Positions 49,201 to 63,100 of a stretch of DNA of 64,000 nt are shown piece after piece. Source of the DNA: Bugula neritina (lineage: Eukaryota; Animalia; Bryozoa); assembly GCA_964035545.1 (NCBI GenBank), contig CAXIUT010000230.1, forward strand, positions 124,001 through 188,000, written 5' to 3'. The translations under genes and the position numbers were made by a program. Every line of letters begins with the position of its first letter. The stretch's first letter is position 1. The notes beneath the pieces were generated by a model. It was not told where the DNA came from. It saw only the letters and a list, made by a program, of their open reading frames with translations, and made no database searches.

Positions 49201-52170
49201 GCAACATACTGAAATATACTGCGAAACAATGCAATATACTGTAACATACTGAAATATGCTGTAGCACACTGAAATACACTGCAACTCACTGAAATATACC
49301 GCAACATACTGAAATACACTGTAACATATTGAAATATACTGCAAAATACTGCAACATACTGAAATACACTGGAACATATTGAAATACACTGCAACAAATT
49401 GAAGTATACTGCAACACACTGAAACACACTGAAATACACCGCAAAACACTACAACATACTGAAACATATTGCAACATACTGAAATACACTACTACATACT
49501 GAAATATACTGCAACATACTGCACCATACTGAAATGCACTGCAACACACTAAAATACACCGCCAAATACTACAACATACTGAAATGCACTGTAACATATT
49601 GAAATACACTGCAACACATTGAAATATACTGTAACATACCTAAATATACGGTAATATACCAAAATATACTGTAACACATTTAAAAATACTGCAACATACT
49701 GAAATACACTGCAACACACTGAAATACACTGCAAAATACTGTAACACAGTGAAATATACTGCAATACACTGCAACATACTGCAACATACTAAAATATACT
49801 GCAACATACTGAAATACACTGCAAAATACTGAAATACACTTTAACATACTGAAATATACTGCAACACACTGAAATACACTGCTACATACTGAAATATACT
49901 GCAACACACTGCAACATACTGCAACATACTAAAATACACTGTAACATATTGAAATACACTGCAACACATTGAAATATACTGCAAAATACTGAAATACACT
50001 GCTACATACTGAAATATACTGCGACGCACTGCAACATACTGCAACATACTAAAATATACTGCAACATACTGAAATACACTGCAAAATACTGAAATACACT
50101 GTAACATACTGAAATATACTGCAACATACTGAAATACATTGCTACATACTGAAATATACTGCAACACACTGCAACATACTGCAACATACTAAAATATACT
50201 GCAACATACTGAAATATACTGCAACATACTAAAATACACTATAACATATTGAAATACACTGCAGCACATTGAAATATACTGCAATGTACCGAAATATATG
50301 GTAAACTACTGAAATATACTGTCACACATTGAAAAATACTGCAACATACTGAAATATACTGCGACACATTGCAATATACTGTAACATACTGAAATATGCT
50401 GTAGCACACTGAAATACACTGCAACTCACTGAAATATACTGCAACATACTGAAATACACTTCAACACATTGAAATATACTGCAACATACTGAAATACAGT
50501 GCTACATACTGAAATATACTGCAACATACTGTAACATAGTGAAATACACTGTAACATACTGAAATACACTGCAACATACTACAACATATTGAAATACACT
50601 GCAACACATTGAAATATACTGTAACATACCTAAATATACGGTAATATACCAAAATATACTGTAACACATTTAAAAAAACTGCAACATACTGAAATACACT
50701 GCAACACACTGAAATACACTGCAAAATACTGTAACACACTGAAATATACTGCAATATACTGAAATACACTGCAAAATACTGAAATACACTTTAACATACT
50801 GAAATATACTGCAACATACTGAAATACACTGCTACATACTGAAATATACTGCAACACACTGCAACATACTGCAACAACCTAAAATACACTGTAACATATT
50901 GAAATAGACTGCAACACATTGAAATATACTGCAAAATACTGAAATACACTGCTACATACTGAAATATACTGCAACACACTGCAACATACTGCAACATACT
51001 AAAATATACTGCAACATACTGAAATACACTGCTAAATACTGAAATACACTGTAACATACTGAAATACACTGCAAAATACTACAACATATTGAAATACACT
51101 GCAATACATTGAAATATACTGCAACATACCTAAATATACGGTAATATACTGAAATATACTGTAACACATTGAAAAATACTACAAAATACTGAAATACACT
51201 GCAACATACTACAACATACTGAAATACGCTGTAATACATTGAAATACACTGCAACACATTGAAATATACTGTAACGCGCTGAAACATACTGTAACTCACT
51301 GAAATATAGTGTAATATACGGAAATGTACTGTAAAATACTGGAATATACTGTAACACACTGAAATATACTGCAACATACTGAAATACACTGTAACATACT
51401 GAATTATACTGCAACATCCTGCAACATACTGAAATACACTGTAACATACTGAAATACACTGCAACACACTGCAACATACTGCAACATACTAAAATATACT
51501 GCAACATACTGAAATACACTGTAACATACTGAAATACACTGCAAAATACTACAACATATTGAAATACACTGCAACATACCTAAATATACGGTAAGATACT
51601 GAAATATACTGTAACACATTAAAAAGTACAGCAACATACTGAAAGATACTGCAAGATACTGCAACATACTAAAATACACTGTAACATAATGAAACACACT
51701 GCAACATACTGCATTATACTGACATACACTGGAACATAATGAAATACACTGCAACAAATTGAAGTATACTGCAACACACCGAAACATACGGCAACATACT
51801 GAAATATACTGCGACACATTGCAATATACTGCAACATACTGAAATACGCGGTAATATATTGAAATACACTGCAACACATTGAAATATACTGCAACATACT
51901 GAAATATACTGCGACACATTGCAATATACTGTAACATACTGAAATATGCTGTAGCACATTGAAATACACTGCAACTCACTGAAATATACTGCAACATACT
52001 GAAATACACTGTAACATATTGAAATACACTGCAACATACTGAAATACAGTGCTACATACTGAAATATACTGCAACATACTGCAACATACTGAAATACACT
52101 GTAACAAACTGAAATACACTGCAACATACTACAACATTTTGAAACACACTGCAACACATTGAAATATACT
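41300..52170 (+). repeat. Domain 4: 6144-bp offset HOR (4844-bp core plus internal 1300-bp duplication in the first copy)
   Basis: Blocks 41552/47696, 42806/48950, 43405/49549 and 44647/50791 are offset by 6144. Block 46108/50952 is offset by 4844. GCATGC at 42293 and 48437. Confidence 0.87.
43730..46330 (+). repeat. Tandem duplication, 2 x 1300 bp
   Basis: Variants CGCACTG (43881/45181), TATACAGTAA (44491/45791), CAACCTAAAA (44731/46031) and TAGACTG (44761/46061) all recur at +1300. Confidence 0.92.
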
Positions 52171-53699
52171 GCAACATTCCTAAATATACGGTAATATACC
52201 AAAATATACTGTAACATATTGAAAAATACTGCGACATACTGAAATACACTGTATTACACTGAAAAACACTGCAAAATACTGTAACACACTGAAATATACT
52301 GCAAAACACTGAAATACACTGCTACATACTGAAATATACTGCAACACAGTGCAACATACTCCAACATACTAAAATATACTGCAACATACTGAAATACACT
52401 GCAGAATACTGATATACACTGTAACATACTGAAATACACTGCAAAATACTACAAAATTTTGAAATACACTGCAATACATTGAAATATACTGCACCATACC
52501 TAAATATACGGTAATATACTGAAATATACTGTAACACATTGAAAAATACTACAAAATACTGAAATACACTGCAACATACTACAACATACTGAAATACGCT
52601 GTAATACATTGAATATACTGCAACATACCTAAATATGCGGTAATATACTGAAATAAACTATAACACATTGAAAATACTGCAACATACTGAAATACACTGC
52701 AACACACCGAAATATACTGCAAAATAAAACAACATACTGAAATACACTGTAACATATTGAAATACACTGTAACACATTGAAATATACTGCAACATACCGA
52801 GATATATTGCAAACTACTGAAATATACTGTAACACATTGAAAAATACTGCAACATACTGAAATTTACTGCGACACATTGCAATATACTGTAACATACTGA
52901 AATATGCTGTAGCACACTGAAATACACTGCAACTCACTGAAATGTACTGCAAAATACTGAAATACAGTAAAACATATTGAAAAATACTGCAACATACTGA
53001 AATACACTGTAACATACTGAAATACACTGCAAAATACTACAACATATTGAAATACACTGCAACATACCTAAATATACGGTAAGATACTGAAATATACTGT
53101 AACACATTAAAAAGTACAGCAACATACTGAAAGATACTGCAAGATACTGCAACATACTAAAATACACTGTAACATAATGAAACACAATGCAACATACTGC
53201 ATTATACTGACATACACTGGAACATAATGAAATACACTGCAACAAATTGAAGTATACTGCAACACACCGAAACATACGGCAACATACTGAAATATACTGC
53301 GACAGATTGAAATGTACAGCAACATACTGAAATATACTGCGACACATTGCAATATACTGCAACATACTGAAATACGCGGTAATATATTGAAATACACTGC
53401 AACACATTGAAATATACTGCAACATACTGAAATATACTGCGACACATTGCAATATACTGTAACATACTGAAATATGCTGTAGCACATTGAAATACACTGC
53501 AACTCACTGAAATATACTGCAACACACTGCAACATACTGCAACATACTAAAACACACTGTAACATAATGAAATACACTGCAACACATTGAAATATACTGC
53601 AAAATACTGAAATACACTGCTATATACTGAAAAATACTGCAACACACTGCAACATACTGCAACATACTAAAATATACTGCAACATACTGAAATACACTG

Positions 53700-56600
53700 C
53701 AACACAGTGAAATATACTGCAATGTGCCGAAATGTATGGTAAACTACTGAAATATACTGTCACACATTGAAAAATACTGCAACATACTGAAATATACTGC
53801 GACACATTGCAATATACTGTAACATACCGAAATATGCTGTAGCGCATTGAAATACACTGCAACTCACTGAAAAATACTGCAACATACTGAAATACACTGT
53901 AACATATTGAAATACACTGCAACATACTGAAATACAGTGCTACATACTGAAATATACTGCAACATACTGCAACATACTGAAATACACTGTAACAAACTGA
54001 AATACACTGCAACATACTACAACATTTTGAAACACACTGCAACACATTGAAATATACTGCAACATACCTAAATATACGGTAATATACCAAAATATACTGT
54101 AACACATTGAAAAATACTGCAACATACTGAAATACACTGCGACACACTGAAAAACACTGCAAAATACTGTAACACACTGAACTATACTGCAAAACACTGA
54201 AATACACTGCTACATACTGAAATATACTGCAACACAGTGCAACATACTGCAACATACTAAAATATACTGCAAAATACTGAAATACACTGCAAAATACTGA
54301 TTTACACTGTAACATACTGAAATACACTGCAAAATACTACAACATTTTGAAATACACTGCAATACATTGAAATATACTGCAACATACCTAAATATACGGT
54401 AATATACTGAAATATACTGTAACACATTGAAAAATACTACAAAATACTGAAATACACTGCAACATACTACAACATACTGAAATACGCTGTAATACATTGA
54501 AATCCACTGCAACACATTGAAATATACTGTAACTCGCTGAAACATACTGTAACTCACTGAAATATAGTGTAATATACGGAAATGTACTGTAAAATACTGG
54601 AATATAATGTAACACACTGAATTATACTGCAACATACTGAAATACACTGAAACATACTGAAATATACTGCAACATCCTGCAACATACTGAAATACACTGT
54701 AACATACTGAAATACACTGCAACATCCTACAAGATACTGAAATACACTGTAACATATTGAAGTACACTGCAATACATTGAAGTATCCTGCAACACACTTA
54801 AACACACGGCAACATACTGAAATATACTTCGGCACATTGCAATATACTGCAGCATACTGAAATATGCTGTAGCCTACTGAAATACACTGCATTATACTGA
54901 AATACACTGCTACATACTGAAATATACTGCAACATACTGAAATACACTGTAATATGCTGAATTACACTGCAACACATTGAAATATACTGCAACATAGCAA
55001 AATATATATTAAACTACTGAAAAATACTTTAACACATTGAAAAATACTGCAACATACATAATTATACTGTAACACACTGAAATATACTGCAACATACTGA
55101 AATACACTGTAAAATACTGAAATATACTGCAACATACTGAAATACACTGCTACATACTGAAATATACTGCAACACACTGCGACATACTGCAACATACTAA
55201 AATACACTGTAACATATTGAAATACACTGCAACACATTGAAATATACTGCAATGTACCGAAATATATGGTAAACTACTGAAATATACTGTCACACATTGA
55301 AAAACACTGCAACATACTGAAATATACTGCGACACATTGCAATGTACTGTAACATACTGAAATATGCTGTTGCACACTGAAATACACCGCAACTCACTGA
55401 AATATACTGCAACATACTGAAATACACTGTAACATATTGAAATATACTGCAACATACTGAAATACAGTGCTACATACTGAAATATACTGCAACATACTGC
55501 AATATACTGAAATACACTGTAACATACTGAAATACACTGCAACATACTACAACATATTGAAAGACACTGCAACACATTGAAATATGCTGCAACATACCTA
55601 AACATACGGTAATGTACCAAAATAAACTGTTACACATTGAAAAATACTGCAACATACTGAAATACACTGCAACACACTGAAAAACACTGCAAAATACTGT
55701 AACACACTGAAATATACTGCAAAATACTGAAATACACTGCTACATACTGAAATATACTACAACACACTGCAACATACTGCAACATACTAAAATATACTGC
55801 AACATACTGAAATACACTGCAAAATACTGAAATACACTGTAACATACTGAAATATACTGCAACATACTGAATTACACTCCTACATACTGAAATATACTGC
55901 AACTCCCTGCAACATCCTGCAACATACTAAAATACACTGTAACATATTGAAATACACTGCAACACATTGAAATATACTGCAAAATATTGAAATACACTGC
56001 TACACACTGAAATATACTGCAACACACGGCAACATACTGCAACATACTAAAATATACTGCAACATACTGAAATACACTGCAAAATACTGAAATACACTGT
56101 AACATACTGAAATATACTGCAACATACTGAAATATACTGCTACATACTGAAATATACTGCAACACACGGCAACATACTGCAACATACTAAAATATACTGC
56201 AACATACTGAAATACACTGCAAAATACTGAAATACACTGTAACATACTGAAATATACTGCAACATACTGAAATACACTGTAACATACTGAAATACACTGC
56301 AACACAGTGAAATATACTGCAATGTGCCGAAATGTATGGTAAACTACTGAAATATACTGTCACACATTGAAAAATACTGCAACATACTGAAATATACTGC
56401 GACACATTGCAATATACTGTAACATACCGAAATATGCTGTAGCGCATTGAAATACACTGCAACTCGCTGAAATATACTGCAACATACTGAAATACACTGT
56501 AACATACTGAAATACAGTGCTACATACTGAAATATACTGCAACATACTGCAACATACTGAAATACACTGTAACAAACTGAAATACACTGCAACGTACTAC

Positions 56601-57500
56601 AACATTTTGAAACACACTGCAACACATTGAAATATACTGCAACATACCTAAATATACGGGAATATACCAAAATATACTGTAACACATTGAAAAATACTGC
56701 AACATACTGAAATACACTGCAACACACTGAAAAACACTGCAAAATTATGTAACACACTGAAATATACTGCAAAACACTGAAATACACTGCTACATACTGA
56801 AATATACTGCAACACAGTGCAACATACTGCAACATACTAAAATATACTGCAACATACTGAAATACACTGCTAAATACTGAAATACACTGTAACATACTGA
56901 AATACACTGCAAAATACTACAACATTTTGAAATACACTGCAATACATTGAAATATACTGCAACATACCTAAATATACGGTAATATACTGAAATATACTGT
57001 AACACATTGAAAAATACTACAAAATACTGAAATACACTGCAACATACTACAACATACTGAAATACGCTGTAATACATTGAAATCCACTGCAACACATTGA
57101 AATATACTGTAACTCGCTGAAACATACTGTAACTCACTGAAATATAGTGTAATATACGGAAATGTACTGTAAAATACTGGAATATAATGTAACACACTGA
57201 AATATACAGCAACATACTGAAATACACTGTAACATACTGAAATAAACTGCAACATCCTGCAACATACTGAAATACACTGTAACATACTGAAATACACCGC
57301 AACATCCTACAAGATACTGAAATACACTGTAACGTATTGAAGTACACTGCAACACATTGAAGTATTCTGCAACACACTTAAACATACGGCAACATACTGA
57401 AATATACTTCGGCACATTGCAATATACTGCAGCATACTGAAATATGCTGTAGCCTACTGAAATACACTGCATTATACTGAAATACACTGCTACATACTGA
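53700..57500 (+). repeat. Older, more diverged repeat with offset of about 2580-2600 bp inside domain 5
   Basis: AATGTGCCGAAATGTATGGT at 53721/56321, AATCCACTGC at 54501/57081 and GGCACATTGC at 54831/57411, with several substitutions between copies. Confidence 0.82.
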
Positions 57501-57859
57501 AATAAACTGCAACATGCTGAAATATACTGCGACACATTGCAATATACTGTAACATACTGAAATATGCTGTAGCACACTGAAATACACTGCAACTCACTGA
57601 AATATACTGCAACATACTGAAATACACTGTAACATATTGAAATATACTGCAACATACTGAAATACAGTGCTACATACTGAAATATACTGTAACATACTGA
57701 AATACACTGCAACATACTACAACATATTGAAAGACACTGCAACACATTGAAATATGCTGCAACATACCTAAATATACGGTAATATACCAAAATAAACTGT
57801 TACACATTGAAAAATACTGCAACATACTGAAATACACTGCAACACACTGAAAAACACTG

Positions 57860-60165
57860 CAAAATACTGTAACACACTGAAATATACTGCAAAATACTGA
57901 AATACACTGCTACATACTTAAATATACTGCAACACACTGCAACATACTGCAACATACTAAAATATACTGCAACATACTGAAATACACTGCAAAATACTGA
58001 AATACACTGTAACATACTGAAATATACTGCAACATACTGAAGTACACTCCTACATACTGAAATATACTGCAACTCACTGCAACATACTGCAACATACTAA
58101 AATACACTGTAACATATTGAAATACACTGCAACACATTGAAATATACTGCAAAATATTGAAATACACTGCTACACACTGAAATATACTGCAACACACGGC
58201 AACATACTGCAACATACTAAAATATACTGCAACATACTGAAATACACTGCAAAACACTGAAATACGCTGTAACATACTGAAATATACTGCAACATACTGA
58301 AATATACTGCTACATACTGAAATATACTGCAACACACTGCAACATACTGCAACATACTAAAATACACTGTAACATAATGAAATACACTGCAACACATTGA
58401 AATATACTGCAAAATACTGAAATACACTGCTATATACTGAAATATACTGCAACACACTGCAACATACTGCAACATACTAAAATATACTGCAACATACTGA
58501 AATACACTGCAAAATACTGAAATACACTGTAACATACTGAAATATACTGCAACATACTGAAATACACTGCTACATACTGAAATATACGGCAACACACTGC
58601 AACATACTGAAACATACTAAAATGCACTGTAACATATTGAAATACACTGCAACACAGTGAAATATACTGCAATGTGCCGAAATATATGGTAAACTACTGA
58701 AATATACTGTCACACATTGAAAATTACTGCAACATACTGAAATGAACTGCGACACATTGCAATATACTGTAACATACCGAAATATGCTGTAGCACATTGA
58801 AATACACTGCAACTCACTGAAATACAGTGCTACATACTGAAATACACTGCAACATACTACAACATTTTGAAACACACTGCAACACAATGAAATATACTGC
58901 AACATACCTAAATATACGGTAATATACCAAAATATACTGTAACACATTGAAAAATACTGCAACATACTGAAATACACTGCAACACACTGAAGAACACTGC
59001 AAAATACTGTAACACACTGAAATATACTGCAAAATACTGAAATACACTGCTACATACTGAAATATACTACAACACACTGCAACATACTGCAACATACTAA
59101 AATATACTGCAACATACTGAAATACACTGCAAAATACTGAAATACACTGTAACATACTGAAATATACTGCAACATACTGAAGTACACTCCTACATACTGA
59201 AATATACTGCAACTCACTGCAACATACTGCAACATACTAAAATACACTGTAACATATTGAAATACACTGCAACACATTGAAATATACTGCAAAATATTGA
59301 AATACACTGCTACACACTGAAATATACTGCAACACACGGCAACATACTGCAACATACTAAAATATACTGCAACATACTGAAATACACTGCAAAACACTGA
59401 AATACGCTGTAACATACTGAAATATACTGCAACATACTGAAATATACTGCTACATACTGAAATATACTGCAACACACTGCAACATACTGCAACATACTAA
59501 AATACACTGTAACATAATGAAATACACTGCAACACATTGAAATATACTGCAAAATACTGAAATACACTGCTATATACTGAAATATACTGCAACACACTGC
59601 AACATACTGCAACATACTAAAATATACTGCAACATACTGAAATACACTGCAAAATACTGAAATACACTGTAACATACTGAAATATACTGCAACATACTGA
59701 AATACACTGCTACATACTGAAATATACGGCAACACACTGCAACATACTGAAACATACTAAAATGCACTGTAACATATTGAAATACACTGCAACACAGTGA
59801 AATATACTGCAATGTGCCAAAATATATGGTAAACTACTGAAATATACTGTCACACATTGAAAATTACTGCAACATACTGAAATGAACTGCGACACATTGC
59901 AATATACTGTAACATACCGAAATATGCTGTAGCACATTGAAATACACTGCAACTCACTGAAATACAGTGCTACATACTGAAATACACTGCAACATACTAC
60001 AACATTTTGAAACACACTGCAACACAATGAAATATACTGCAACATACCTAAATATACGGTAATATACCAAAATATACTGTAACACATTGAAAAATACTGC
60101 AACATACTGAAATACACTGCAACACACTGAAGAACACTGCAAAATACTGTAACACACTGAAATAT
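57860..60165 (+). repeat. Tandem duplication, 2 x 1140 bp
   Basis: AGTACACTCC at 58041/59181, AATGAACTGC at 58741/59881 and AGAACACTGC at 58991/60131. ORF blocks 57910/59050, 58170/59310 and 58430/59570 match. Confidence 0.93.
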
Positions 60166-63100
60166 ACTGCAACACACCGAAATATACTGCAAAATAAAAC
60201 AACATACTGAAATACACTGTAACATATTGAAATACACTGTAACACATTGAAATATACTGCAACATACCGAGATATATTGCAAACTACTGAAATATACTGT
60301 AACACATTGAAAAATACTGCAACATACTGAAATTTACTGCGACACATTGCAATATACTGTAACATACTGAAATATGCTGTAGCACACTGAAATACACTGC
60401 AACTCACTGAAATGTACTGCAAAATACTGAAATACAGTAAAACATATTGAAAAATACTGCAACATACTGAAATACACTGTAACATACTGAAATACACTGC
60501 AAAATACTACAACATATTGAAATACACTGCAACATACCTAAATATACGGTAAGATACTGAAATATACTGTAACACATTAAAAAGTACAGCAACATACTGA
60601 AAGATACTGCAAGATACTGCAACATACTAAAATACACTGTAACATAATGAAACACACTGCAACATACTGCATTATACTGACATACACTGGAACATAATGA
60701 AATACACTGCAACAAATTGAAGTATACTGCAACACACCGAAACATACGGCAACATACTGAAATATACTGCGACAGATTGAAATGTACAGCAACATACTGA
60801 AATATACTGCGACACATTGCAATATACTGCAACATACTGAAATACGCGGTAATATATTGAAATACACTGCAACACATTGAAATATACTGCAACATACTGA
60901 AATATACTGCGACACATTGCAATATACTGTAACATACTGAAATATGCTGTAGCACATTGAAATACACTGCAACTCACTGAAATATACTGCAACACACTGC
61001 AACATACTGCAACATACTAAAACACACTGTAACATAATGAAATACACTGCAACACATTGAAATATACTGCAAAATACTGAAATACACTGCTATATACTGA
61101 AATATACTGCAACACACTGCAACATACTGCAACATACTAAAATATACTGCAACATACTGAAATACACTGCAACACAGTGAAATATACTGCAATGTGCCGA
61201 AATGTATGGTAAACTACTGAAATATACTGTCACACATTGAAAAATACTGCAACATACTGAAATATACTGCGACACATTGCAATATACTGTAACATACCGA
61301 AATATGCTGTAGCGCATTGAAATACACTGCAACTCACTGAAATATACTGCAACATACTGAAATACACTGCAACATATTGAAATACACTGCAACATACTGA
61401 AATACAGTGCTACATACTGAAATATACTGCAACATACTGCAACATACTGAAATACACTGTAACAAACTGAAATACACTGCAACATACTACAACATTTTGA
61501 AACACACTGCAACACATTGAAATATACTGCAACATACCTAAATATACGGTAATATACCAAAATATACTGTAACACATTGAAAAATACTGCAACATACTGA
61601 AATACACTGCGACACACTGAAAAACACTGCAAAATACTGTAACACACTGAACTATACTGCAAAACACTGAAATACACTGCTACATACTGAAATATACTGC
61701 AACACAGTGCAACATACTGCAACATACTAAAATATACTGCAAAATACTGAAATACACTGCAAAATACTGATTTACACTGTAACATACTGAAATACACTGC
61801 AAAATACTACAACATTTTGAAATACACTGCAATACATTGAAATATACTGCAACATACCTAAATATACGGTAATATACTGAAATATACTGTAACACATTGA
61901 AAAATACTACAAAACACTGAAATACACTGCAACATACTACAACATACTGAAATACGCTGTAATACATTGAAATCCACTGCAACACATTGAAATATACTGT
62001 AACTCGCTGAAACATACTGTAACTCACTGAAATATAGTGTAATATACGGAAATGTACTGTAAAATACTGGAATATAATGTAACACACTGAATTATACTGC
62101 AACATACTGAAATACACTGAAACATACTGAAATATACTGCAACATCCTGCAACATACTGAAATACACTGTAACATACTGAAATACACTGCAACATCCTAC
62201 AAGATACTGAAATACACTGTAACATATTGAAGTACACTGCAATACATTGAAGTATCCTGCAACACACTTAAACACACGGCAACATACTGAAATATACTTC
62301 GGCACATTGCAATATACTGCAGCATACTGAAATATGCTGTAGCCTACTGAAATACACTGCATTATACTGAAATACACTGCTACATACTGAAATATACTGC
62401 AACATACTGAAATACACTGTAATATGCTGAATTACACTGCAACACATTGAAATATACTGCAACATAGCAAAATATATATTAAACTACTGAAAAATACTTT
62501 AACACATTGAAAAATACTGCAACATACATAATTATACTGTAACACACTGAAATATACTGCAACATACTGAAATACACTGTAAAATACTGAAATGTACTGC
62601 AACATACTGAAATACACTGCTACATACTGAAATATACTGCAACACACTGCGACATACTGCAACATACTAAAATACACTGTAACATATTGAAATACACTGC
62701 AACACATTGAAATATACTGCAATGTACCGAAATATATGGTAAACTACTGAAATATACTGTCACACATTGAAAAACACTGCAACATACTGAAATATACTGC
62801 GACACATTGCAATGTACTGTAACATACTGAAATATGCTGTTGCACACTGAAATACACCGCAACTCACTGAAATATACTGCAACATACTGAAATACACTGT
62901 AACATATTGAAATATACTGCAACATACTGAAATACAGTGCTACATACTGAAATATACTGCAACATACTGCAATATACTGAAATACACTGTAACATACTGA
63001 AATACACTGCAACATACTACAACATATTGAAAGACACTGCAACACATTGAAATATGCTGCAACATACCTAAACATACGGTAATGTACCAAAATAAACTGT

